NCBI GenBank assembly: GCA_964450945.1
Contig: CAYVHI010000005.1
Coordinates: 1 to 61,541 of the forward strand
DNA length: 61,541 bases
Source of the DNA: an uncultured Rickettsiales bacterium
Lineage (GTDB): Bacteria > Pseudomonadota > Alphaproteobacteria > Rickettsiales > JABDBP01
Reading direction: 5' to 3'
The position numbers and the translations under genes were made by a program. The notes beneath the pieces were generated by a model. The model saw nothing but the letters and a program-made list of their open reading frames with translations. It had not been told where the DNA came from and did not search any database. Below are positions 40,001-48,202 of the stretch, in pieces (within the stretch, counting starts at the first letter, position 1; each line of letters starts with the position of its first letter).

Positions 40001-40270
40001 AGCTTCTTCTTTGCCAATGCAACCGAAGCATCAAACACATTAACTCTTGCTAATCTACTTAACTATTCTACAAGCACCGGCCTTACAGTGGTTAACCTCA
40101 ATAATGCCCAGAGCGGCCTTAACACTGGGGGTGGAAGTGCCAATGCCAGTGATGACTTCCTGATCTATAACGATGGCACTAATAAATATGCTATATTTGT
40201 TGATGGAGCTCAATCCCTTACCGTTGCAAACTTCACCTATGCAGGTGATTTTACAGATTACGTTTTCTAA
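34001..40270 (+). CDS. giant T1SS-type surface adhesin / S-layer-like protein (N-terminal NPDV repeats, cadherin-like/Ig repeats, RTX Ca-binding repeats)
   Basis: About four ~38-aa YYLxxNPDV...EGR repeats; eight ~125-aa NDAPVN repeats; one dystroglycan-cadherin-like domain (LPSWLTFTPGTRTFSGTP); four ~158-aa repeats with GGxGxD nonapeptides; no Sec signal. Confidence 0.9.
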   Translation: MGIDINLIFDAKYYLRQNPDVAAAGVDPLSHFLQFGQFEGRNPSVFFNKNYYLSQNPDVAAAGVDPFQHFLNFGINEGRDFSPFFDADFYLSKNNDVLFSGVNPLKHFLEHGLDEGRIPTPLFDKFFYKLNNPDLAGMTAFEHFLEVGIFEHKAPSPLFVDAINNAAPGTNFVNLIIQTAATIVTNIENTPPPPQPNPNAAPVVHLPSTPSTNEEVAVAIQNINFTDADSNLLQVTLSTANGTLQVNTSVVDGLTASDISNNGTSSVTFTANIVKVNNTLADANGLIFTPTTNFNGNAVINVSASDGSVGSSQNLNVTVNNVNDAPVNTVPGAQSTNENTSKVISGISITDIDSTSATVTLSVAHGTVSINTGVAGGLTAGDITNNGTGTVTITGNISAINATFADASGVTYTPTTAYDGPDTLTVNTNDGSLSDSDNINITVINVNNPPVNSVPGTQLVTEDTPKAVGVGVSDDGATVTTTISVSHGVLNVTANLPGGLTAGQITGNGTNSVILSGNVSAVNTTLGSNVYSPNANFDTTDTLVVHSEDSFGETDIDNVTLNIDAVNDDPTIVVPGSQTTNEDTAKTISGISVGDVDNTSISVTLTVSHGTATVVTNPNVSITGNGSNVVVLNGTVAGINAILSDPAAINYVPTANYNGSDTLLIQANDGVGGTHSDTVGITVTSVDDAPVNTAPGLQTTNEDTAKVISGLSVADIDHTTLSTYTLSVSHGIITLNTGVSGGVTAGEVSGNGTNSVTISGAGIIEINATLAHASGVTYTPANNYVGSDTLTVIADDGTLSDSDNVGITVNAVNDAPVNTIPGAQTTNEDTAKVISGISVTDVDNTTLSTYTLTVTNGVLTLNTSVSGGLTAGEISGNGTNSVTVSGATVAAINATLADASGLTYNPTANFNGSSTLTVDANDGSLSDSDNISITVNSVNDAPINSVPGAQTASEDTNKVISGISVSDIDNSSLSTYTLTVSHGTITLNTGVSGGINAGQVSGNGTNSVTISGATITALNNTFADGSGVTYLSDLNYNGSDTLTVQANDGTDSDSDNIGITVNAVNDAPVNTVPGAQTANEDANKVISGISVSDVDNSSLATYTLSVSHGTITLNTGVSGGLTAGQISGNGTNSVTISSATVAAINNTFADAAGITYLSDLNYNGSDTISLQADDGALSDSDNINITVNATNDAPTVANSLVDQNGTEGSSFSYQFASNSFDDIDVGDSLTYSATLVGGGALPSWLTFTPGTRTFSGTPGVGDIGTINVQVTATDTASAAISDDFQLVVGSASGQNFTLTGGNDNFVGFSNNDTFTTSEANLSASDTLTGAGGTDRLVYTNAAALTSAELANKTSIEIIELQAGGNSLVFTDAFVDSSGNDTVEIENGTNTITSLDTSAVNAARTVMIAGTGAVTLANTNNRVVAKDGVNTSITGGTGADTIIGGTGNDTITNSSGSDSMTGGNGNDVFNTSEANFIAGDTIGGGAGTDTLTYTNAAALTAAELANKTGFEIIQTSANGNTFVFTDAFVDSSENDTIEIANGTNTITSLDTSAVNSARTVMIAGTGAVTLAAGVNNRVVAKDGVNTSITGGTGADTIIGGTGADTITTSGTGSDSLSGGNGNDNIRTTEANFIAGHTIDGGAGTDTLTYTNAAALSSAELANKTGFEIIQTSANGNTFVFTDAFVDSSENDTIEIANGTNTITSLNTSAVNSARTVMIGGTGAVTLAAGVNNRVVAKDGVNTSITGGTGADTIIGGTGNDTITNSSGSDSMTGGSGADVFSTSETNLIAGDTIDGGAGTDTLTYTTAAALSSAELANKTSIEIISASAANGNTFVFTDAFVDASGNDTIEIANGTRTVTSLDTSAVNAARTVMIGGTGAVTLGNSGNRVVSKDGVNTNITGGTGVDTIIGGTGNDSLTGGSGNDTLVGSSGTDTLSGGNNDDTLVGGTGGDVLTGGANVDTFKFAATDLQANPTATSQIDRATDWVNGTDKFMIENISGSTSFFFANATEASNTLTLANLLNYSTSTGLTVVNLNNAQSGLNTGGGSANASDDFLIYNDGTNKYAIFVDGAQSLTVANFTYAGDFTDYVF
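37930..39740 (+). repeat. four intragenic ~470-bp tandem repeats in the RTX region
   Basis: e.g. TTTGAAATTATTCAGACTTCAGCTAACGGC...ACAATAACCAGCCTT identical near 38525 and 38993. Confidence 0.85.
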
Positions 40271-41661
40271 AGTGATTCTAAGAATTTAATAAGTGCTTCC
40301 CTATCTTCCTTCTTTAATTTGCGGAATTTTTCTTTTGCTTTTTCAGCTTCACCGCCATGCCATAGAATGGCTTCCTTAAGATTCCTGGCTCTTCCATCAT
40401 GCAGTAAATAAGTGTGCTTATTAACTGTCTTTATAAGACCTATCCCCCATAATGGCGCTGTTCTCCATTCTTTTCCGTCCGCTTCAAAATCAGGCCGCTT
40501 ATCTGCAAGCCCGTCGCCCATATCATGCAGCAACAGATCTGTGTAAGGATTTATAAGTTGGTTTGAAATGGCGGCAACCTTATGCTCACCTGTTCTTATC
40601 TTGCTTCTGTGGCATGATGCACAGCCTATTTTATTGAAAATCATTTCACCATTAATAACTACTGGAGCATCAACATTGCGGCGAGCTGGCACGGCAAGAG
40701 TCTGCAGGTAGAAGGTCAGTTTATCCAACTGCTCGTCTGACATTTCTGGATCACCCCCAGATACTGCTTTCTTACATGCCTTCTGAACCTCGGCGCAGTT
40801 CTCTTTCGGAAATATTGATGTAGTGATGCCAATATCTCCATTGGCGGCACCAGCTGCCTGCTGCATAACATTTGGTTCATTTGCTTTCCAGCCGAAACGC
40901 CCAACCACTTTTTTTTGTTTTATGGCATCCCATACCTGATTAGCCTTACCTGAAATTCCATCCATATTCTTATCTTCCGGATCAGCAAAAGAAGCTATCG
41001 TCTCCTCTGATATTGCCTCAAGAAGCCCCATACCAAATACTGCGGGTGCAACACGCGGAGAAAATAATGTATCTTCTTCCAGGTCTTCAAATCCACCATC
41101 GGTAAAAACATATTCCGGTTTGCGCAAAGAATATTCTTCACCATCATCAAAGCTTCCACCAATTTCTGTATAGTGAATGGTCACACTTCCTTCTGCGGGA
41201 ACTCCTTGGATGGATTTGTCATTAAGCTGCAGGCCGTAAATAGGGTATGGCTTTGGGCCACCATGATTATCTTTTCCAACAACGCTAAGCCTTATAAGCA
41301 TTGAATTCATAGGCTCATCGGTAGATTCTGGCGGCCTGCCCCTGCCATCCTTGAAGTGGCAGCCGGAGCAGGAAACCCTATTGAACATGGGTCCAAGCCC
41401 GTCAAGGCTTGTTACAGAAGCCGGGGCAATTACCCAGTTGGTATTGAACATTTTATTCCCAAAGGTAAACTTTCTTACCTCTTCAATAGGGACATTAGGT
41501 GCAACTTTTGTAAAAGCCTCGCGGGAAAAATCATAAGAAGTGGTTTCGCCACCGGAATTTGGGTTTGGTTTACTATCAGAATTATCCTCAGGGGAAATAT
41601 ATGAATACACTCCCCATGAAGCAATAAATGCTAGAGATAAAAAAACCAGTAATTTTTTCAT
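40267..41661 (-). CDS. di-heme oxidoreductase (DHOR) family protein
   Basis: DGLGPMFN, CSGCH and CASCH heme motifs, GRFGWKA, EWRTAPLWG, LLHDGRAR, AILWHGGEA. Confidence 0.92.
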   Translation of the reverse strand: MKKLLVFLSLAFIASWGVYSYISPEDNSDSKPNPNSGGETTSYDFSREAFTKVAPNVPIEEVRKFTFGNKMFNTNWVIAPASVTSLDGLGPMFNRVSCSGCHFKDGRGRPPESTDEPMNSMLIRLSVVGKDNHGGPKPYPIYGLQLNDKSIQGVPAEGSVTIHYTEIGGSFDDGEEYSLRKPEYVFTDGGFEDLEEDTLFSPRVAPAVFGMGLLEAISEETIASFADPEDKNMDGISGKANQVWDAIKQKKVVGRFGWKANEPNVMQQAAGAANGDIGITTSIFPKENCAEVQKACKKAVSGGDPEMSDEQLDKLTFYLQTLAVPARRNVDAPVVINGEMIFNKIGCASCHRSKIRTGEHKVAAISNQLINPYTDLLLHDMGDGLADKRPDFEADGKEWRTAPLWGIGLIKTVNKHTYLLHDGRARNLKEAILWHGGEAEKAKEKFRKLKKEDREALIKFLESL

Positions 41662-42815
41662 TCCGATAAGATTTTTACATCCACCTCTAAGGCCCTACCT
41701 ACCTCCTTAAATAATTCTGCCTGATTTTGCAAGGATTTTACAGCCAATTCCATACTCTGCCTGCTGGGGCTGTTTTTAGGCGTGGAAAGCACTTCCTTGT
41801 CTATAGGAAAAGGGATGTTGGCAATCAGCCCTTCGGTTTTATCAAGCTGTTTTGCAAGTTTCTCCGCAAGTTTCTTATCTTTTAATTTTAATTCATCATA
41901 AATGCTGCGGCCGGAAAAATCGCCATAGTTTGCATAAACAATATTCTTGATACCTTTGGCATTATAGATGAAGTCATTGTGGGTATTATCACTGAAACAT
42001 GAATGTTCATCTTCCTGATCCCCGCTGTCAAGCGAGGTTGCCATACGTTCTGAGGCAAGCTCAAATCCGCTGAGTGTGGCAATACCGGTCATAATCTTTC
42101 CAAGCACCTGCTTAGGATCATCTTCTTTTATTTTTGCCGCATAATTATTTCTTTTTTCTGGATCCCATTCATCAACAATGCTTTTCATATCATCAACAAG
42201 AAGTTCTGTTACTGCTTCAAGATATGCGCGGCGGCGTTCCTTTACAGGGTCATTTTTTTTATAATCAGAAGCAGGGCGGGCACCTGGGCCATCAGCATTC
42301 AGATCCTGTCCCCACAGTAAAAATTCAATCGCATGGTAGCCGGTTGTAACATCAGCCTCATCATCCTTCTGATTTTTCTTTTTCAGCATATCCTTGCTTA
42401 TCTCAAAATTCTTATCCTGGATTATTCCGGCTTTCGGATTTCCCTGAACATAATCTATGTATGCTTCATTAAGCGGCCAGGCATTGATTCTTGCCTCTGG
42501 CCCCTCTGTCTCTTTTTCTTCATTGAAATCATCAATAGGACCACCTGAAAAGCGGAATGCCTCGGTCTGGCCATATGAATTTCTTGATTTTAACCAAGCT
42601 TCTTTTGCCTGTTTAAGATTTTCCTCAGTCGGGTTTCCAAGAAACTTTTTTACTGAATTCTGCAAACTTACTGCATCACTATGTGCATCTTCATATACAA
42701 GATAAGCAAGTTTTGAATAGCTTTCTATAATATCATTATCTTTTATTTCTGCTTTTGCTTTACCTGTGGCAGAGATAAAAAACACGAACAGCCACAATAT
42801 TCCAAATCTTTTCAT
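41658..42815 (-). CDS. imelysin-like (IrpA/IcmP) iron-regulated periplasmic protein
   Basis: Signal peptide from MKRFGIL (RBS AAGAGGAAG), INAWPLNE, TGYHAIEFLLWGQD (GxHxxE), EDEHSCFSDNTH. Confidence 0.92.
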   Translation of the reverse strand: MKRFGILWLFVFFISATGKAKAEIKDNDIIESYSKLAYLVYEDAHSDAVSLQNSVKKFLGNPTEENLKQAKEAWLKSRNSYGQTEAFRFSGGPIDDFNEEKETEGPEARINAWPLNEAYIDYVQGNPKAGIIQDKNFEISKDMLKKKNQKDDEADVTTGYHAIEFLLWGQDLNADGPGARPASDYKKNDPVKERRRAYLEAVTELLVDDMKSIVDEWDPEKRNNYAAKIKEDDPKQVLGKIMTGIATLSGFELASERMATSLDSGDQEDEHSCFSDNTHNDFIYNAKGIKNIVYANYGDFSGRSIYDELKLKDKKLAEKLAKQLDKTEGLIANIPFPIDKEVLSTPKNSPSRQSMELAVKSLQNQAELFKEVGRALEVDVKILSE

Positions 42816-42873
42816 ATGACTTCCTCTTTTATTAGAACACACTATTAGGGTAAACTTTTACCTATGTCAACCT

Positions 42874-42894
42874 AATTAAGAATGATTCTTAATT
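42874..42894. promoter_or_regulatory. iron-regulator (Fur/Irr-like) operator
   Basis: Perfect 10-1-10 palindrome AATTAAGAAT-G-ATTCTTAATT about 60 bp upstream of the imelysin gene. Confidence 0.7.
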
Positions 42895-42963
42895 CCTGCA
42901 ATCTAAAAATCTTGCTATTTTTTTATTAAAAAGTAATCTTTTAGATACCTATGGAAAAATATA

Positions 42964-44583
42964 ATGCCTGAAGAGTCTGAGAGTCTAAATCTTCTAAAAC
43001 GTCTTACGGCTATAAGTCTTGCCTTATCAGCAGAACGTAACCTTGATCATTTATTACAGAAAATCCTTAGGGAAGCTCAAGGAATCGCCAATGCCGATGG
43101 CGGAACAATATATATACGCAACGATAAGAATGAGCTTGAATTCGCTTATGCATTCACTGATTCACTTGGCTTGAAGATTGACCATACTACAGATAATAAA
43201 GACCGGCTTGAGCCTTTGCCTCTTTATAAGAAGGATGGTTTACCCAATACACGCATACTTGCCTGTAATTCAGTACTTAATAAAAAATCAATAAACATAC
43301 CTGATATCTATTCCAGCAAGGATTTTGATTTCAGCGGCGTAAAGAATTTTGATAAAAAACATCTTTATGTAACCCGTTCAATACTCACAATTCCCCTGCT
43401 CAGCCATAAGGAGAAGGCACTTGGCTGCCTGCAGCTGATAAACTGCCGTAGCCAGGGCAGTAATGATGTTATTTCCTTCAGCCATGAACTACAGGAGATA
43501 GTCTCGGCAATAGCTTCCCAGGCAGCGATTATTCTTGATAACAAAAAATTGATAGAGGCGGAAAAAAACCTTCTTGAATCCTTTATTAAACTTATAGCAA
43601 AAGCGATAGACGAAAAATCCCCTTATACAGGCACCCATTGCGTGCGCGTTCCTGAGCTAACGGAAATGATTGCCGCAGCTGCTTGCCAGGCAAAGGAAGG
43701 AAAATATAAGGATTTTAACCTGACCGAAGATGAGATGTATGAACTCCATATAGCAGGCTGGCTGCATGATTGCGGCAAGGTAACAACGCCTGTGCATGTA
43801 ATGGATAAATCAACAAAACTGGAAACAATCTTTGATCGCATAGAGATTGTAAAGACAAGGTTTGAGGTTTTAAAGCGGGATGCCGAGATAAATTATCTCA
43901 AGGCAAAAGAAAAATCCAGCGATAAAGCAGCTCTCAAAAAGGAATATGAGAACAACATAAAGAACATTGAGGATGATCTTCAGTTCCTCATAAAAACCAA
44001 CATAGGCGGAGAATTTCTTGAAGATGATAAATTGGAGCGTTTAAAGAAGATTGCAGCAAAAACCTGGAGTTTTCAGGGAAAGAAAGAAAAACTGCTTGAT
44101 GAAAATGAACTTTATAATTTAAGCCTCAGGAGAGGAACCCTTACTCCGGAAGAGCGTAAAATCATGGAAGGCCACATGGTCTCAACCATGAACATGCTCT
44201 ATCAACTTCCTTTCCCTGAACATCTGAAACGTGTGCCTGAATATGCAATCGGACATCATGAACGCATGGATGGAAAAGGTTACCCAAGAGGAATTAAGGC
44301 TGGTGAAATGTCGTTGCCTGCACGCATGATGGCGATAGCCGATGTGTTTGAGGCATTAACAGCGGCAGATAGGCCTTATAAACCGGCAAAGAAACTTTCC
44401 GAATCAATGAAAATAATTGCCCGTATGAAAGAAGATAACCATTTGGATCCTGATCTGGTGGATTTCTTCGTCACTTCAAAAACATATTTGGAGTTTGCAA
44501 AAAAATTCCTTTCACCTGAACTTATAGATAAGGTTGATGAAGCAGCTATACTTGCAGTAAAGCCAAAAAAGGCGGCATCATAA
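42964..44583 (+). CDS. GAF + HD-GYP phosphodiesterase (split HD domain)
   Basis: N-terminal GAF (ADGGTIY...LGCLQLIN), KSPYTGTHC, WLHDCGK, HHERMDGKGYPRG, IADVFEALTA.DRPYK. Confidence 0.93.
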   Translation: MPEESESLNLLKRLTAISLALSAERNLDHLLQKILREAQGIANADGGTIYIRNDKNELEFAYAFTDSLGLKIDHTTDNKDRLEPLPLYKKDGLPNTRILACNSVLNKKSINIPDIYSSKDFDFSGVKNFDKKHLYVTRSILTIPLLSHKEKALGCLQLINCRSQGSNDVISFSHELQEIVSAIASQAAIILDNKKLIEAEKNLLESFIKLIAKAIDEKSPYTGTHCVRVPELTEMIAAAACQAKEGKYKDFNLTEDEMYELHIAGWLHDCGKVTTPVHVMDKSTKLETIFDRIEIVKTRFEVLKRDAEINYLKAKEKSSDKAALKKEYENNIKNIEDDLQFLIKTNIGGEFLEDDKLERLKKIAAKTWSFQGKKEKLLDENELYNLSLRRGTLTPEERKIMEGHMVSTMNMLYQLPFPEHLKRVPEYAIGHHERMDGKGYPRGIKAGEMSLPARMMAIADVFEALTAADRPYKPAKKLSESMKIIARMKEDNHLDPDLVDFFVTSKTYLEFAKKFLSPELIDKVDEAAILAVKPKKAAS

Positions 44584-44584
44584 A

Positions 44585-45727
44585 ATGTCAGATGATGAAT
44601 TTTTTCTATCTGTTCCCGCATTCAGCAACTTCTTGGAAGTTTCAGACCCAAAACACTATATAAGCATCCCTAATGACTGGACTCTGATAATTACTGATGT
44701 AAGGAATTCTACCCAGGCGATTGAACAGGGCAGATATAAGGATGTAAATATGGTTGGAGCAGCAGGGATAACCGCCACTCTCAATGCCTGCAGACCGCTT
44801 GCTATACCTTATGTCTTCGGCGGCGATGGTGCAACCATTCTTATACCCAGCAATTTAAAGGAAAAAATAATTCCAGCGCTTCTTGCCACCCGTTACTTAT
44901 GTAAAATGAAATTCAATCTTGATCTGAGGATCGGGGTAATCCCTGTTGCTGAAATAAGAAAGCGCGGTGGTGAGATAAAGGTTGCAAGGTACCAGCCTTC
45001 AAATAATATTTTTCTTGCTATGTTTTCCGGCGGCGGACTTAATATTGCAGAAAACATGGTAAAGAAAGAATCAGGGTATTGCCTTGAGGAGGAAAACACT
45101 GAACCGCCCGATTTAACCGGCCTTTCCTGCCGCTGGGAGCCTTTCAGTTCTGAAAATGGGAAGATGCTTTCTCTGCTGGTTCTCGCCAAGAATCCTGCCA
45201 TTTATAATGATATATTAAAAGATATAAAAAAGATTATGGGGAATGAATTCAATTCACCTGCAAAACAATCAACCATGAATTTCAAATGGCCGCCAACCGG
45301 GCTTTTGAGTGAAGCAAAGATGCAGGCAAAAAACCTTCCTGTCTGGTTATATGCCATGGGGCTTTATATTTTTACTTTGCTTGCCTATGTGGTTTTAAAA
45401 AGAAATAAACCTGCAGGAGATTTTAACCCTGAAACCTATAAGAAGAGCGTAATTGAGAACGCTGACTATCAGAAGTTTGATGATATGCTCCGCATGGTGG
45501 TTGATCTGAAAGAAGAGCAGATAGAAAAAATCTGCGACTATCTAGAGAAGCTGAAAAAGGAAGGAAAGATATTCTATGGAATGCATGTTTCTGATACGGC
45601 CTTGATGACATGCCTGGTATTTTCAACAAATGATGATGGGCACGTGCACTTTATCGATGGCGGTGATGGCGGTTATGCGGCGGCGGCAAAACAGCTTAAA
45701 CTTCAGATGAAAACAGCTAAACCTTAA
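44585..45727 (+). CDS. DUF3095 family protein (possible class III cyclase-like)
   Basis: IPNDW..IITDVRNSTQAIEQGRYKDVNMVGA, YVFGGDGAT, DLTGLSCRW, KFDDMLRMVVD, HVHFIDGGDGGYAAAAKQLK. Confidence 0.85.
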   Translation: MSDDEFFLSVPAFSNFLEVSDPKHYISIPNDWTLIITDVRNSTQAIEQGRYKDVNMVGAAGITATLNACRPLAIPYVFGGDGATILIPSNLKEKIIPALLATRYLCKMKFNLDLRIGVIPVAEIRKRGGEIKVARYQPSNNIFLAMFSGGGLNIAENMVKKESGYCLEEENTEPPDLTGLSCRWEPFSSENGKMLSLLVLAKNPAIYNDILKDIKKIMGNEFNSPAKQSTMNFKWPPTGLLSEAKMQAKNLPVWLYAMGLYIFTLLAYVVLKRNKPAGDFNPETYKKSVIENADYQKFDDMLRMVVDLKEEQIEKICDYLEKLKKEGKIFYGMHVSDTALMTCLVFSTNDDGHVHFIDGGDGGYAAAAKQLKLQMKTAKP

Positions 45728-46532
45728 TTTCCAAACCTTCTTTTGCCATAATAAAATTCTTATTTACCTTCTTTAGCCTTGCGGCAACTTTATCAAGCTG
45801 CTCATCTGTCTTCATCGGGCTGTGGTGGAATGCTATGAATTTTTTTACACCTGCCTTTTTTGCAACTTCCGCGCCTTCCTGCCAGGTTGAGTGCACACGG
45901 TGTTTTGGCAATTTCTGCTCTTCATCACTATAGGTGCTGTCAAAAATCATTACATCTGCATTTCTTGTAAAACCTGCAAGCGCTTCCCTGTTTACCTTAT
46001 AGGCAACATCGGTGAGATAACATAACGCTCTGTCTTTATACTCCACCCGGTATCCGGTTGTATAATCAGGGTGGATCATGCGTATAGTTTTTATTTTTAT
46101 ATCCTTTATTTTTATTTCTTTTCCAACCTCAAACTGGTTGAATGAAAAAGTAGCTGGCAACGCCTCAAGTGGCAGGAATACTGGTGGAGAAAGAAGGCGC
46201 TTAAATACTTTTACTAACTCACCTGGTTTGTCTAAATGCCCTGCCCAAATATTTATATTTGCGTTTGGATCAAAGCAATATTTGAACATGGGAAAACCCA
46301 TTATATGATCTAGGTGGGTATGGCTTAGGAATATATCTATATCTTTTAATTTTCTTTTTTTTCCCAGCGCATATATTCCTGTGCCGGCATCAAAAATTAT
46401 AGTTTTATCACTACAGCATACTTCAAGGCAGGAAGTGTTTCCGCCATAGCGTACCGTTTCCTTTCCAGGCACCGCCATACTGCCACGCACACCCCAGAAG
46501 CGGATCTTAAAATTATTTTTCTTATCAGGCAT
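45717..46532 (-). CDS. MBL-fold metallo-hydrolase (cyclic-nucleotide phosphodiesterase / RNase Z-like)
   Basis: RFWGVRGS, YGGNTSC, DAGTG, SHTHLDHIMG (HxHxDH), YLTD, HST, FHHSP. Confidence 0.9.
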   Translation of the reverse strand: MPDKKNNFKIRFWGVRGSMAVPGKETVRYGGNTSCLEVCCSDKTIIFDAGTGIYALGKKRKLKDIDIFLSHTHLDHIMGFPMFKYCFDPNANINIWAGHLDKPGELVKVFKRLLSPPVFLPLEALPATFSFNQFEVGKEIKIKDIKIKTIRMIHPDYTTGYRVEYKDRALCYLTDVAYKVNREALAGFTRNADVMIFDSTYSDEEQKLPKHRVHSTWQEGAEVAKKAGVKKFIAFHHSPMKTDEQLDKVAARLKKVNKNFIMAKEGLEIKV

Positions 46533-46575
46533 ATTGATGCTTAATATATTTTAGCATCAATAGAAGTTCCAGTTA

Positions 46576-48126
46576 TTATTTAACTGTGCACCATTTTTCC
46601 AGTACTTCTGTTATACGGTTCTCCCTGAATGGTTTGCTTACATAATCATCCATGCCAGCGCGGAAACATCTTTCCTGGTTTTCTGATAGAGCATCCGCAG
46701 TGATTGCAATTATAGGTATGTGTCCTCTTCTTTCGGTGGATTCTATTTTCCTGATAAGCTGGGTTGCCTGGTATCCATCCATCTCCGGCATATGACAATC
46801 CATGAATATTATATCGTACTGGTTTCCCTGCACCATCTCAACAGCCTGGCAGCCATTTACCACCTCATCTATATTACATCCCTTTTTCTTCAATATTGAA
46901 GTCAGCACCATCATGTTCACTTTCATATCATCTGCAACCAGCACTTTTATACCCATAAGATTTTTTTCTCCTGCTTTGGAACCTATATTTTTTTCCTCCG
47001 CCGGTTTCTGGCCGAGCGGAAGTTCTATATTAAAATGAAATGTGGATCCCTTGCCAGGCATGCTATAAACCCCTATTGAGCCACCCATTATATCAACAAG
47101 GCTTTTTGATATGGCAAGGCCCAGCCCGGTACCGCCGAACTTCCGTGTTGTTGATTCTTCGGCCTGAGTGAATTTTTTAAATATATGCTGTTGTTTATCA
47201 ACAGGTATGCCAATCCCTGTATCCTCGATTTCAAACGATAGTTTTACTTTACCATGTTCTATAATTTCATATTTCATACGAAATATTATGAAGCCTTTTT
47301 CGGTAAATTTTATGGCGTTTCCTATAAGGTTATAGATAACTTGGCGTATACGCACCGGATCCCCAATTAAATATTCCGGTATGTTTGGCTGGCTTTCGAT
47401 CACCATACTTAAACCCTTTTCATTTGCTCTATGGCCTAAGGCTCCAGTAACATCACTTACCATATCAAACAGGCTGAAATGGATCGGCCGGAATATAAGT
47501 TCCCCTGCCTCAATTTTTGAAAATTCAAGAATCTCATTAATTATATCAAGAAGGTCATCGCCAGATTTACTGATGAGGTCTACCAGGCTTTTCTGTTCTT
47601 CATTTAATTTTGTTTCTTTTAAAAGATCGGTAGTAGCTATTATGCCATTCATAGGGGTTCTTAGTTCATGGCTCATATTGGCAAGGAAATCTGTTTTAGC
47701 GCTGGTTGCTTTTTCTGCTCTTTCTTTTTCCTTTACCAACATTCTGTCCCTGATTTGCACCTGGTCGAGAACGGCATTGAACTTATCGATAAGTTTTCCC
47801 AGATCCTGCCCTGCTTTTTTTTCTGCCCTTATCGAATAATCCTGTGTATCAATTATTTTTTGTCCAACTTCAAGAAGGTGACGAAGCGGTGCGGAGATGA
47901 TTTTCTGCATACGGGTGGCAAGTACAAGCGCAACCGCAAGGGATACAGAAAACGCCCCTGTCATTAACAGCACATAATAATATTTGGATTCTATAATATC
48001 ACTTAGGTTTGAATGCAGGTGTAAAGCGCTGAAAATAAAAATAGCCACAAGCAAACCAATTGAATTGGTAGCAAAAACAATAAGGTTAAGTTTTTGCTTT
48101 ATGGTTAAGTCTGAAATACTAAACAT
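46576..48126 (-). CDS. hybrid sensor histidine kinase (2 TM-HAMP-HisKA-HATPase-REC)
   Basis: FLANMSHELRTPMNG, NLIGNAIKFT, DTGIGI, FGGTGLGL, FMDCHMPEMDG. Confidence 0.95.
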   Translation of the reverse strand: MFSISDLTIKQKLNLIVFATNSIGLLVAIFIFSALHLHSNLSDIIESKYYYVLLMTGAFSVSLAVALVLATRMQKIISAPLRHLLEVGQKIIDTQDYSIRAEKKAGQDLGKLIDKFNAVLDQVQIRDRMLVKEKERAEKATSAKTDFLANMSHELRTPMNGIIATTDLLKETKLNEEQKSLVDLISKSGDDLLDIINEILEFSKIEAGELIFRPIHFSLFDMVSDVTGALGHRANEKGLSMVIESQPNIPEYLIGDPVRIRQVIYNLIGNAIKFTEKGFIIFRMKYEIIEHGKVKLSFEIEDTGIGIPVDKQQHIFKKFTQAEESTTRKFGGTGLGLAISKSLVDIMGGSIGVYSMPGKGSTFHFNIELPLGQKPAEEKNIGSKAGEKNLMGIKVLVADDMKVNMMVLTSILKKKGCNIDEVVNGCQAVEMVQGNQYDIIFMDCHMPEMDGYQATQLIRKIESTERRGHIPIIAITADALSENQERCFRAGMDDYVSKPFRENRITEVLEKWCTVK

Positions 48127-48202
48127 ATTTGTTATGTTAAATCTTCTTGCTACTAGAGATGGCGTAGATTACTATATATACAATTAAGAGTTGTGTCAAT
48201 TT

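Noticed and set aside
42874-42894. Palindrome as a CtrA box
   Set aside because: The TTAA half-sites are 9 nt apart rather than 7, and the context favours an iron regulator.
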